Source: Lingula anatina
Taxonomy: Eukaryota > Animalia > Brachiopoda
DNA: 64,000 nt
Direction: 5' to 3'
Assembly (NCBI GenBank): GCA_051362555.1
Contig: CM120647.1
Location: 6,014,001 to 6,078,000, forward strand
A program made the position numbers and the translations under genes. Below are positions 26,944-39,540 of this stretch, piece by piece (within the stretch, counting starts at the first letter, position 1; each line of letters begins with the position of its first letter). Below the pieces are notes generated by a model that saw nothing but the letters and a program-made list of their open reading frames with translations, ran no database searches and was not told the DNA's origin.

Positions 26944-29900
26944 TTACAATGACGTCAGGTGGTAGTCCTCGATTTCGTTGGTGCTTGGAATCTTCACGAT
27001 GAGATTTCCGTTTTTGGCGGTAGTTTCAGCTGTTGTGGATTTTTTCCTTGAAAATCTATTAAATCAAATAAACAATTGATTAATCCACAAATAAAGGCAT
27101 TGATCGATCAATCAACAGCTGATTCCTCGTCAAACCATTTTAGAGCACATATGCATGCGCTGGAGTAGAACTAGCTCTGCTTGCAGATTTTGTTTGTACA
27201 TTTGTACAGAACTCGTTTGCGCATACTTTTCTAATTGAAGTTTGATCCAACCCACTTTGACGTGCACTTGACGATTTTATTTAATTCGTCAAAAAAAAAT
27301 AATAATAATAAACCGATTTTGATATTTGTTACATAATAGTAGACTTGACTATTTTAAAACTGTCGTTTTATTTGGTTCATATATTCATATCAGCCTATCA
27401 CTAGTTGCCTTAGATCACATGCCAATATGCACCATCAGTCTACGTACATGTAGATCGATCCAACTATCCGGGGACTCTTGCTGAGTGCAACCAGCTTAAC
27501 TGTTCTGTGTCCAACGTACTCGTCTAATCACCGGCTTTTCTGTATTTCACTCAACGCCAGGCTGTCCCCGCATAGTTGGATCGAACCACGTGGACTGATG
27601 GTGTCTGTGTGAATGGGGCCTTACTTGGTCAAGTTCTCGGCCTCTTCTATGGTCTCAGGAAGAGGCTTGTTGGCGGTGTCCGGAAGTAGAACCGCCAAGA
27701 GCCCGGTACACACGCAGAGCACGCCGAATATCAACAGCGGAATAGAATTGCCTATGGGGCCCTCAAATCTGGCCTCGTTCTGAAAGACATGGCAAGGATT
27801 ATTCAACCTGTCCTACATTGGTGATTCGATGGAAAATTAAATACACAGATATTGTCTTTTATGAAATTTTGAAGATACACTGATGGAGCTATGCCATATG
27901 TGTGAGAGGATGCGCGCTTGAGGATATTGACATTGACCTCAAAAATATATTACCGGTACCATCAAAAGACGGGTTGTGATACATATGTATGTATTTTACT
28001 CATTTGCACAAAAATTAACAGAATTTTTTAAAATAACTTGTCTCAAACTACCAAAACGTGACTTACCACAATAATCGGCGACACTACTGCCCCCAGGCGG
28101 CCAATAGTGCTCACTACGCCATAACAACGGTTTCTTGCCGCCGTCGGGAACATTTCAGCCGCCCAAATAAAGATGTCTCCGTAGGCGGAGGCCACGCCTA
28201 TTTTACCAATGACATTGAGGGCAACGTAGATGGATTGAGTTGATGGGTGGTCTGAAAGTGAAAAAAATTACTGGTAGAAATCAAATATGATTGACAGGCA
28301 TCAAGCTGCCTGGTGTCGTTAGTCTGATATCAAAATTAAATATTTCTTTTAGAGGTCCCCACTAACAGTGATGGAATTTTGTCGGACAAAGTACAAAAAA
28401 GGCCATACTGTTCAGAGAGTGTCACGAGCAGCTGTTCACGCTTTTAAAATTAGCACATTTCGCAAAGTAGACCTAACGCTTCAGACCACGTGCCCATGTT
28501 GTTGCTGTCACGTGGTAGCAACGACGCACCCACGTGATCTCAACGCAATACCCTGATTGGCTGCTCACCTTTGTCAGCATACAGATCAACTAGCACAGTT
28601 GCCAGCAGCGAGAGGCCAGCTAACAACATGCCGTGGATGTGAGGGATTTTTCTTCCCAATTTGTCCATGGTGAACAGCATGGTGAATGCGGGGAGGTCGA
28701 CCACTTGGATGAGGACGTAGTTGACGTACAAGTCTCCCGGCAGCTTGCCGCTGTTAAGGCTGATCCCCGCATACCCGAGACTGACGGAAAACCTTCAAGA
28801 AAATACGACATATCCAGCATTTCACTTATTTATTATTAATTGTGTTTGACATGGTGCCCGGTAAAATGATATCTTAAGCCAAAGAGATTCGAGCGTCAAT
28901 AAGATCAAAAAAGAAGAAAATATGTGTAAATGCAACGCTAATATCTTTTCTAAATCTAGACCTGATTTTTCTGCAATTTTTGTATTCTGGCTGAAATAAT
29001 TATAAATAAAAGTACCCAATATTTCTGAAATATAGAAATATACTGCACAGCAAGTATTGAACACTCTAGTAGAAACATAAACGAAACTGAAAACATCGCA
29101 GAGCCTTATAGTGGGAAAAATTATTTGAAACAAACATTCCCGTTTTAGTCATGGACTCATGGTTTAAGAACTGTTTCGCTCACCAGTTCATGATGACAAC
29201 CAACAGAGTCATCACTATCCGTGGTGACTTCAGGATCCGCAACCCCCCCTGGTCAGTCACCACGATCTCCCGACACGTGTTGTCCAGGACCTCAAAATCT
29301 TTCTCCACCAGGGGGCGACCGTTGACTTCCGATATGTATTTCATGAGTTTTTTTCCTTTTTCTCTGTTGCCTTTGATGTTTGACGTCAGAAGCCATCTTG
29401 GGGACTCGGGTATAATCCTGGCATGGAAGTAATTTTATTTTTATTAAATGATCAGTCAATTTATTTATTCATTTCTGTACGTATAATCTTAAAGTTTATG
29501 TATGTACCAATATGATCCTTTGATCACATTCAATTTATGATACTATGAACATTACAAACAGCAAAAAAGATCATTATTATTATTATTATTATCATAAGTT
29601 CCACTGCATGACTCTCTTTAAGACTCAAATCCAAAATTAATATTTTCTTTCTAGATTGCCTGTCATATGTCATTCGTGCAAAAACGTCAATGAATGGAAA
29701 TCTAATTTAACAGTATCAAAATATAATCTGATCAATTTTCCTAACAACATGAACAGTGTCATAACAGAATCCCTATAACTCTCTACATTACTGTCGGGGG
29801 CATCAATGGAGGACACCACAGTCAACTTACAGACGAAATGAAAGTCCTTACCAAAAATAAGGAATAATGCCGAATATCGGAACCGAGGCTATGAGGAGGA

Positions 29901-32900
29901 GATGGTTCCAGTTTTTCACGGAATATGCTAGTCCCGCAGTGGAAACTGAGCCGACGATCCAGCTGTATTCAACCATTATACCCACCAGCATTCTTTTTGA
30001 TGTGCCGACCAGTTCAAGAACTGCAAGGCGGAGAGGATATTAAATCAATATTAATAATGGTACTAGTATCAGGCCCGTAGCCAGCAATTTCAAGGGGGGG
30101 TTCTTTTTCTGAAAAAGTGGACCTTTTACCGAAAAATCCCCATGTACTTATGTCAAATTTTACCCAGAGTGGACCTTTTTTCAGCAAAAAGGGGGTTTAT
30201 TTTCGAACCCCCCGAACCCCCCCTGGCTGCGGGCCTGAGTAAAACATACGTGACTGAAAAGTGTAGAACAGTTTCACGAGCTATGTTATTGTAATAGACT
30301 TGTGAAGATTCTTTTGCTGGTAAGATCAGACAAATATAAGTAAATATAGACAAAAGAATCTTCACAAGTCTGTGACTGAAAAGGTCCTAAAATCCAATGG
30401 GTACGCCATATTTCGCAGATGAGTTCAAAGTTTTGGTCAGGCCTGTGTTGTGTGATCTGACGTGTGTATGCAAATATTTTATAGAGCACTGTACATTGTA
30501 CGAAGGTTCTTCCAAGCGGACAAACGACATTGATTCACCGTTGAATCAACGTTAATTTTGGTGGATCAACGTTGAATCAACGTAGAATCAATGTCGTTTG
30601 CCTGCTGGGTTATTCCTCTATAAAACATACTGCTGACATTTGAATTTAAGTCACTGTTAAACTTGGGCCCCATTCACAACATTAGACTAACTAATCCTCG
30701 GATCAAATATGGCCGACCCATTTGAGTGCTTGTTGCATATTCCCTCCGGGTAATCTATCTAGTGCCTATTATGGAATAAGACCGCAAGCTTTTAAGTTTG
30801 TCGCCATGTTTGATCCACGGACTAGTTGGTCTGCTGTTGTGAATGCAGCCTTACTGAGGTTCAATCCCGCCCCGAAGGTTCCACAGATACAGAGGCCGAC
30901 CACGAAGCGCATGAAGGCGAAGGAGTGGTGGTCGGGAGCGAACGCCGAGCACACCCCGAATAGAGCCCCCAGCAACGTAGATATGAGATATATTGGTTTT
31001 CGACCAAACCTAAGATGAATCGAAGCTGAATAAATGATACATAATGATATGATAAAGAGCTGAAAATAATTACACATTTACCAGTATTTTCGTTGTTTTT
31101 CAATGATGGATTCATTTAAATTCTGATGTTTAAAGCCACTAACGAAATTACTGGAAGTTATTAAAACTTTTTTCACTTATTAATTAATTAGATTTCAACT
31201 CCGTATTTAAATGTCAATACAGTTTAGTTCTTAGTGTTTGTTCGCAAGGTACTCTTTTTAATAATTCAAATGAAATTTTCACAATATTAAATGTTTTTAG
31301 TCGTTTATTGCTTTTGAAAAGCAAATTAGCTTCAGCACTTACTCACGAGGGCAAAGAACACATCATCATTTCATAACGAGAGAGAGAGAGAGAGAGAGAG
31401 AAAGACCATCTTTATTCTTACCTATCTGCCAGCAGACCAAAGAACAGCGGTCCCACCATCTGTCCACTGAAATGAGCCATCTGGGCCACGGTCTCCCTAG
31501 GCCGGTTATCACAGACAAAATTGAGCTGGAACAGAATGAACATTTATTGTCTTAAAACATTTCATTATTTGTGGAGAATGAAATTCATTGAATTCCAAAC
31601 GACACACTTTAAAATCATTCCATAATTAATCACCTTTTCTAGTTTTCAAAGCCAGTGGACAGGGAAAGAAGAAATTGGGTTTGTTTCGTTACGCCTGTGC
31701 CCCCCCCCCCCCTGCACCCACCTTGCACCCACCCTGCACCGACCTTGTACCCATATTGCACCCACCTTATACCCACACTGCACCCACCCTATACCCACCA
31801 TGCACCCACCGTGCACTTACTTCGCACCCACCCTGTAAACACACTGCACCCCCCCCCACCCTGAACCCACCTTGCACCCACCTTCCACCCACCTTACCTC
31901 GGACTGAACAGTAACGTCCATCATTGTTTTACCATACACCCAGCTACTGCACTTCTCCTGGGTACTGTTCACACTGGTGGCAGCGGTGCCGTTGTGTGGG
32001 ACGTACAAATAACAGCTGGAGTGCGCGTCCTCGAGGCCCGTGCCGCCGGGAATGGAGGCGTTGATCAGTTCGTCGTGCCAAAGACCCTGGGACTCGTACG
32101 TGTCATTTGGTAGGCCTGGGATTGCACATCTGAAAAAAAGAGAATATGGTACTTGGTGATTCTCTACAAAAGGCCCTTCTGGCCGATAAAAAATCTTGTC
32201 TTCAATCAATTTGGTATCTGCTAGAAAAGGTAGGATTTAGGCGACCCGACATGTATAAATCATCTGAATTCAATCTCATTTCAGTCACAAACAAAACACA
32301 ATGCTACATTTATACTGAATTTGTGGGCACGGATATGGTCTCTCCACCCAATATTTAGCACACACACCCCCTCCGCCGCCAACTCCCCAAACCTTCCCAA
32401 ACTTTCCCCGCATCCTAAAGTCTTAATGCATGTATTACCCCAGCAAACACAGAATAACATTACTATAACGTTACCATATCTTTTTTAGTAATATTAACGT
32501 CATGGCAACGTTATAATAACGCTCTGTGTTTGCTGGGACACTTCCTACGCTCAATGTGTACCTTAAATAACAATCAACCAATATTGATCCCCCTCCCATA
32601 TCATGGTACGTAGTTCAATCCAAGTCCGTGGGGACTCTCGCTGAATGCAATCAGTTTAACAGATTAACACGCCTTGTCTTTTTTCCAACGTAGAACGGTA
32701 GTGTTATTGGGAATGGATCCTTAAATGACCAGCAGAGCTAGGACTTACCTGTGAGGCAGAGTGAAGTGAATGAAGACGACAATTAAAAACGGAATCATCA
32801 CCAGAAACTGGGTCCATAACGTTTTTAGTAATATTAACGTTATGATAACGTTATGGTAACGTTATGATAACGATCTGTGTTTGCTGGGACAGCAGAGCTA

Positions 32901-33063
32901 GGCCTTACCTATGGGGCAGTGTGTAGTGTATGAAGACGACGCTCATGGCCTGCACGGCGCTGATTACGAAGGGAATCATCACCAAGAACTGGGTGCGGAT
33001 CTGGTACCGCCCAAAGGCGCCCAGCTTGTTGAAGAGATCGTCGATCACCTCGCCCTCATTCAT
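26944..33063 (-). CDS. SLC22 family (Orct/OCT/OAT-like) MFS organic ion transporter, paralog 2; 10 coding exons, 574 aa
   Basis: Exons 33063-32909, 32129-31898, 31525-31422, 31009-30855, 30020-29852, 29417-29184, 28792-28569, 28251-28067, 27779-27625, 27055-26944 total 1725 nt, are in frame and end in TAA. Motifs: KLGAFGRYQ, LNFVCD, ADRFGRKP, PESPRWL, DKLGRK, AEMFPT, LPDTANKPLPETIEEAE. The last exon is less certain than the others. Confidence 0.93.
27413..27620. mobile_element. Family-A-related MITE abutting the exon-9 donor of SLC22 paralog 2
   Basis: Inverted arms CACCATCAGTC.ACGT..TCGATCCAACTAT; tta on both flanks; the left terminus is eroded. Confidence 0.6.
30070..30237. mobile_element. 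CAG..CTG MITE family C
   Basis: Same internal sequence (GAAAAAGTGGACC) as the other family C copies; flanks AGTAT/AGTAA. Confidence 0.85.
30666..30850. mobile_element. MITE family B abutting the exon-4 donor of SLC22 paralog 2
   Basis: TIR GGC(CC/TG)CATTCACAAC; flanks ttg/tta. The tta is part of the GTAA donor on the minus strand. Confidence 0.75.
31690..31897. repeat. Degenerate 11-bp repeat (CACCCACCTTG-like) adjoining the exon-2 donor of SLC22 paralog 2
   Basis: cacccacc units recur with a period of about 11 bp. Confidence 0.8.
32439..32537. mobile_element. CCCAGCAAACACAG MITE, 2-bp TSD (CMC/EnSpm-like)
   Basis: CCCAG..CTGGG termini with AC/AC flanks and internal TAACGTT repeats; relatives at about 11353-11430, 13985-14172, 32816-32888 and 35288-35384. 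Confidence 0.7.
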
Positions 33064-33108
33064 ACTGGTGGGGTGTTCCTTTCCTGGGATAAATAGAGAG
33101 ATAAATAA

Positions 33109-33159
<51 letters not shown>

Positions 33160-35555
33160 AAGAGAGAGAGAGAGCTGCCCGTAGCCAGCAATTTCAAAAG
33201 GAGGTTCTTTTTCTGAGAAAGTGGACCTTTTATCAAGAAACCTTCGCTATACGAGAGAGAGAGACATGAATGACGAACTGGGTTGATAAATTAACAGATA
33301 AATAATCATGCACATGATGTTTGTGTAATTGAAAAAGAAAATAATCGGATAAATTAACAAACAAATGAATGAATAAAAAATCAATTAATGAATTAATCCA
33401 ACATTCAGGTTGCTGATTAGCTTTGGCATTGCTGCCACGCAAACAATAAAGCACATATAGGGATAATAAAGTCATATACCTTCCACTCTGACATCGGCTG
33501 TATACTAGATCCATATATCAAGCGCTCTTTTAAGTAGCAGTACTATATCAATACGAACAACATTTTGTATGCAGAAGTTTACAACGTAATCCTTCATCAA
33601 AATGCACTTTATATGTTGTAAACAAAACACAAGTTAATATGCTTTATCTTGTATGCCAGCATATACATGCGCATTGCATACTCATAACGCGCACAAAAGT
33701 ATGGTGCTCTACACTTACTATGATGACTAGAAACCCAAGTTTTGATAATCATGAACTGGTGAAAACTGGAGCAGAATTAGACCTGAGACTGTTTAATTGA
33801 CTATTAGGTAATATGTGTTTATATTTCTCTCTCCTCTGACTCCGAGCTGTTTTGACACGGTTGTATATATCTTAGGCGTGAGTGGGATGGTTTTTTCCAT
33901 CCAGAAATGAAAAATAAGCAAACAGTCTTATAAATAGATCAATGAATAAACAAACACTCGAAGGAATAAATAGATTGGTAAGTGACTAATCAGTCAGTGC
34001 CTATATAAACAAGAGAATAATTTAAATAAATAAATAAAAATGAATAAACAAAAACAGCATAAGTGAATAAACAAACAATTGCAATGAACTGAATAATTTG
34101 GTTAATAAACATGATGGATAAACAACCAATCTAATGAATAGAGGCATACCCACATGTAGATGAATAAACAATCGAAAATAAAGATAAATGTATGGATAAA
34201 TAAAAAAAATCTATATGTCTAAACAAACAAAAAAGCTTTAAATAGAAAACAAAATAAAGACCCAAGCCAACAGGTTCATAAATAAGTACCAATAAACAAA
34301 CAAACGGCTAAAAATAGGACAGGGATATCTAGATAAACAAATATATAAATTTATGATGGGTTGCAAAGACACACTGACCTCAGTCAAAATAAAGCAATGA
34401 AAAGTTGTTTTCAAAAAATGTGAGCCCTGGATTCAGTTAAAATTCCAGTCACTTTTTCTTCGTATATAGCAGTCATGAAAAAATAATCAAAAATTTTGGT
34501 GGCCTTATTAAGATATCTGTATACATGTATCTTTTCCACTTAAAAACAGACCCACTTTCTGTATATATGTACAGTAGTTAAAAACCTCCACTGTTAATGA
34601 GAAAAAACAATCTGCATCCGACAAGCCAATCGAACGCAAATGAAAACAAAACGTCCTATATCCCTTGATGGGGGGGGGGGGGGGGGGGGAGGATTAGCTT
34701 GGTCTATGTTCTTATCAACATCTTTTAGGTCATATGTATAAATATAATCACCTGGCTATCAGCTTAACTGCACGGTGCCACCACGCTTTGTGAATTTAAG
34801 GCTGCATTCACAACCGAAGTTGATCCGCAGTCTAAAAGATCCGCGGATCAAATATGGCCGACCAACTTGAAAGCTTACCTCGTGATCCCCGCGGAGAATC
34901 TATTGAGTGTCTATTTGGGGATTATGCAGCAAGCTTTCAAGTGGGTCGGCCATATTTGATCCGCAGAACTGTTAGTCCGCGTATCAAGTTGTTCTGATTG
35001 CGCCCTTAACTACACGTCATTTTGGCCTGGATAAGCAAAAGATAGCCACAGTTTTCTGGACGACGAGAGAGCCAACATCAATTTGTATGCTGGCTGTAGG
35101 CTAAAGGTACACTGTACACGTTCTAGGCCAATTTATCCTGCAAAGCTATTTTGTTCCCAATTTAAACCTTAAAAAATAAAAACCCTTCATAGAAAAGTAC
35201 CAGATGTCGGTTTTTCCTTCTAAAATGTACAGGAAGACATGGACTTGTAATTGACCCATAAAACAAACAAAGGCACTGGGCTTGTTCTCAGCAAACATAG
35301 AACGTTTTATAACGTTACCATAACGTCTTTTATTGTTATATAAACGTTATGATAACGTTATAATAACGTTTTGTGTTTGCTGGGTTTATGCCTAGATTTA
35401 ACACGCACTAAAATTCGGGGCATAAGTAATCTCAGCACCTGTGCTATTTGGGACGAGGAAGGCCAAGATGTGTAGTTACTGTATTCACATAGTATTGTAT
35501 GAGTACTGGGTGTAAAAGAGACAAAATACCAACATACCAACGTACTTCAGTCTTG

Positions 35556-35770
35556 CACCCCATTTCCATAGATTAGATCGACCTACTTTAGATCGACCTA
35601 ACTCCCTGGGGGTTCACGCTAAATAGCTGTCAGCCGGGCGGACACGAAAGTTAATTACCCCCTTACAGCTTGTAGTAGGCGGGACGGACATTTAAGTCGG
35701 ATTATCTGAAAGTAATCTAGTGAGACTCCCCGCGGGGATAGATCGATCTAAAATCTATGGGAATAGAGCC
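35556..35770 (+). mobile_element. Harbinger-type MITE family A
   Basis: 215 bp with TTG TSD. More diverged relatives lie at about 13070-13280, 16595-16836, 25131-25372, 25982-26237, 39925-40160 and 58868-59120. Confidence 0.85.
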
Positions 35771-36703
35771 TTGGGAGCTTAACCCGCTTCAGGAAAGGGA
35801 GACAAATGACAAACCAACCCCTCCACTTCCTTTGCAACAATCTCGAACCACCAGTGTATTTTAAGTCCCTTCTACTGCTGTGTACTGCAAATATTGTTTA
35901 TTGAGAACTGAATTTTTACTGGAACCCTTATCTTTACCACCGCCATATATTTGCACTGGATTGCCAATAACATGTTGTTTCGACAATAAACTGTTATATC
36001 TGGTCTTGTTATGACTTTTCTGAAAACAATAATACACAGTAGTGTGTGCTGGTGCTACGTGAATGATTCAAGAGTACAGAAAGTGAATGTTTCGTTTCAC
36101 GAATAAGCTAGTATTGTGACTTATTAGATCCAGACTTAGACATCTACGGCTTCTAAACGTTGCGTTTCGAATATTTGAACTCAATAAGGTTTATAAGAAG
36201 AGTGCAAGCACAGAGATGTATTACAAGCAGGTGTAGTGAGGAAGTCTGAAATTGATCCAAAAAGATAAATCACTGGAGAACTCTTTCTGTTGCAATACTT
36301 TGAATGAATGAATAATTGGCTGAGATGAAGCCGACAATTTATAAGGGAAATGTATTGAGTATGTGAACATGGAATTCATCTTATATCTTGTGATATTCAG
36401 CTAACGTTTCAAGCTGAAATCAAAAGATTATCTCATCTTCATTTACGTGTGTCATTGGGGCAAGTCGCATCAGAGCAGATCGAACTATCCTGAGGGCTTA
36501 TCATACTAAGATTTCTGGGCTGAAATTTGGGAGTGTGTGAACGTGATAAAATGGGTACTAAAATGCATGTATACGTTCGCTTCTAGGATGAGTTTCATTT
36601 GGAATAACTTATATATTGAATCACAATAAAATTCTAATCTTAATTAGAAATTCCAAACAACTTAATTGGATATTATATACTCATACCGAAAAAAAAAAAA
36701 ATA

Positions 36704-36735
<32 letters not shown>

Positions 36736-38726
36736 CATTTTGCATTAACCATGGAATGCTTTTGCTTGATGAGGGTTTTATGCAACTTCTCAGTTGACTT
36801 GGCCAGCCACAGTGATAGATTATGCAAATTGAAACTCTTTCAGCAGAACAAAAAATGAATTGAACTACCTTACCTGAAAGCTCGTGTCTTGGCGTTTCTT
36901 CAGCCCTTACACGTCCTAATGAATCTGCATAGAATGTTCAATAAATAACTAAGAATAATGAAAAAAATATGCAGGTACAATATGGAGCTAAATGGTATGC
37001 CAAAATTATCCTAAATAGAGTTTCATTTGCTTTGTATCAATTCAATTCAGTTAAATGTCAATAAAGTATATGATCACGCAACATCGAATCTTGCAAAAAT
37101 TACATCCATATTTCAACCAATACCCTATCTAAAATGTGAATCTGCCCACCCTGTATGATATATTTAGACTTTGTGCATACACTTCATACTTATATGTCAC
37201 TTGCACACAACTCGAGCAAATGCTATTATACAATAGCTGCAATAAGCTGAGCCAGACATGTAACCCTATATACCATATCAGTACGCATATGTGCTAGCAG
37301 CAAATATTGCTAGACAGCAAATGGGATTATCCTTAACTGCCAAAGACAAATAAATATAATAAAAAAATATACAAACAATGTTCGAATCACATTTAAAAAA
37401 CAGCATAAGCGATGAATAGTGTACCTGTTCTCTGTTTCTGCTCTTGGTTACCGAATAATTTCCGTCATGCGTTATTTCAAATGTAAGCTCAACAGGTGCG
37501 TCGGTTATCAGTAGTTGCTCTTCTCAGTGTCGCCGTCGCGTATTCTGCAGTCTGTACAGAGTAGAACTGCATCTTTATATATATATAGGTGGTTGTGTCG
37601 CTAATCCAGGTAGCGAAGAGGTGCTGATTGACAGGGTGGGTGTGGAAGGGGGGGTGGGGGGGGGAAAGAAGTCACTGACCTCATTTGGGTTAAATTTTGA
37701 GCCTCAAAAACTGAGTCATCAATATTTGAAACGCAATAGAATATATAAATAAAAATATTTATTAACATAGGCCTTGATCTGCATGGATATTGACAAACAA
37801 CTGGGACTTACAGAGTGATGTTTGTGTGTAGAATATATAAATAAAATATTTAGAAATATAGGCCTTGATCTACATGGATGTTGACAACAAATGGGGCTTA
37901 TCGAAGTAATGTTTGTGTGAATGTGTGCATACGTGTGTGCGTGTGTGTGTATTTGTGAGCTTGTTTGTGTGAATGTTGAAGGGGGTTGATGTGGGGGGGG
38001 GGGGCGGGAGGGTGATAACAGCTGTGAGCTAAAGCAATGTGGTAAGAATGTTAGGTGTTGAGTACGGGTCTCCTGGTTGTCACATGTTATGTTCTGGCAG
38101 CATTTGCATCGTATCTTGCACTAGTATGCTGATGGTACCAAAAGTGAATACTTGCTAATTAAGGAGTCTAAACGTGTTGGTTTCACCTATATACTGTATG
38201 TATGAGGCATTCCCTTTCGACGCTTCGTTAATGTCCCGTAATGCACAAGGCTTGAGCCTAGGTCCCAACTACGTTTTGGACGCACGGTTTTTAGGTTCCT
38301 TGCGTCCGGTTAGGACGTAGCTAGATCGCAGGGAAGAAATCAAGTACATTGGTAAAAAATGTTTCTACGTGCTGTTTGCGTCCTCCAAAAGTCACACGAT
38401 GGACGTGCTCCTCACGCACGAACTCCCACGTTTTCCCCAATTTTTTTTGGCCCTAGACCACTTAGCAGCCCGTACGTTCGGTTGGGACCTAGGCTTTACG
38501 CGTCAATGTGAGCTTTGGAGTTTGAATGTCAACATATTCAAAGTGGCAGAAGATGTAACCGCGGCAGGCCTATCGGCCCAGACACGTGTTTTTTTATACG
38601 TGTGTTTTATAAATATAACCATGCTTGCAGTGTGCACATTGCTATATGCGACTCATGTGATTTTGCGTGACGCGGGCTCAGGTGAGTAGCTATAGGACAT
38701 AGAAGTATTACGTAAGAAACGGATCA

Positions 38727-38960
38727 TCACTGAGTGCCATCCTCTCTCAACAGGTTGGCTGTCATGGGGCGACATGCCCGTCGAAAGTGTGCCATTCGTG
38801 TACTTCCACTATATTTTTGATCAGCCAATTCTTTTATGTTATCCATCCATGTTGTTCTTGGTCTTCCTTTCCAACGTTTCCCATTGAACTTTCCTGTCAA
38901 TAACAGCCGCTGCAAATTATATTTTCTTATAATGTGGCTAAATAAGTTAATTTTCTTTTC
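38727..38960 (-). mobile_element. RTE-clade LINE 3' fragment
   Basis: The peptide LFSHIIRK..LQRLLLTGKFNGKRWKGRPRTTWMDNIKE..ANLLREDGT resembles the C-terminus of RTE ORF2. Confidence 0.8.
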
Positions 38961-39117
38961 TTGATGGTAAATTTTCTGTTCTTGATGGTGTTCCACATTG
39001 AAACGGTAGTGACGTTTTAATAATTGAAATGCATGATGAAATCCAGTCGTTATTAGCTGAGTGATTTTTTTCGAGGTTACTGGTGGTTCGATATCCTCAA
39101 CATTTCCTTAAATCTAT

Positions 39118-39170
<53 letters not shown>

Positions 39171-39374
39171 AATCCTGTGACCGGATCTTTCTCTGAATAT
39201 TCAAAATGTGTGATCAAAAAAGTGTGTGAGTGTCCGTGCGCGTGTGTTGGAAGTTGATCATCCTGTTTGTAGCTAGACTATCCTCATATGCCTCCTTAGA
39301 CTGTATCCACACACTCAACCTAATTATACAGCGTACTTGGCCAGACAGTCTGGGTCGGTCATGCTGACCTTGAG

Positions 39375-39540
39375 CAGGGGCGTAACCAGGCATACGCACG
39401 GATGCACTGTGCGTACAATTTTTTGAGCCAACCATGATATTATTCTCCATAAATTCAGTGTAATTTTCACGGAATATAATTGTACCTGGGAATTTTCAAA
39501 ATCTGTGCGTACAATTTTAAAAGGTCTGGTTACGCCCCTG
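39375..39540. mobile_element. CAGGGGCGTAACCAG MITE, 5-bp TSD
   Basis: Perfect TIR; TSD TTGAG/TTGAG. Confidence 0.85.

Noticed and set aside
37738-37918. Diverged ~92-bp tandem duplication (and a ~224-bp one at 10949-11290)
   Set aside because: These are ordinary local duplications with no coding or structural signal.
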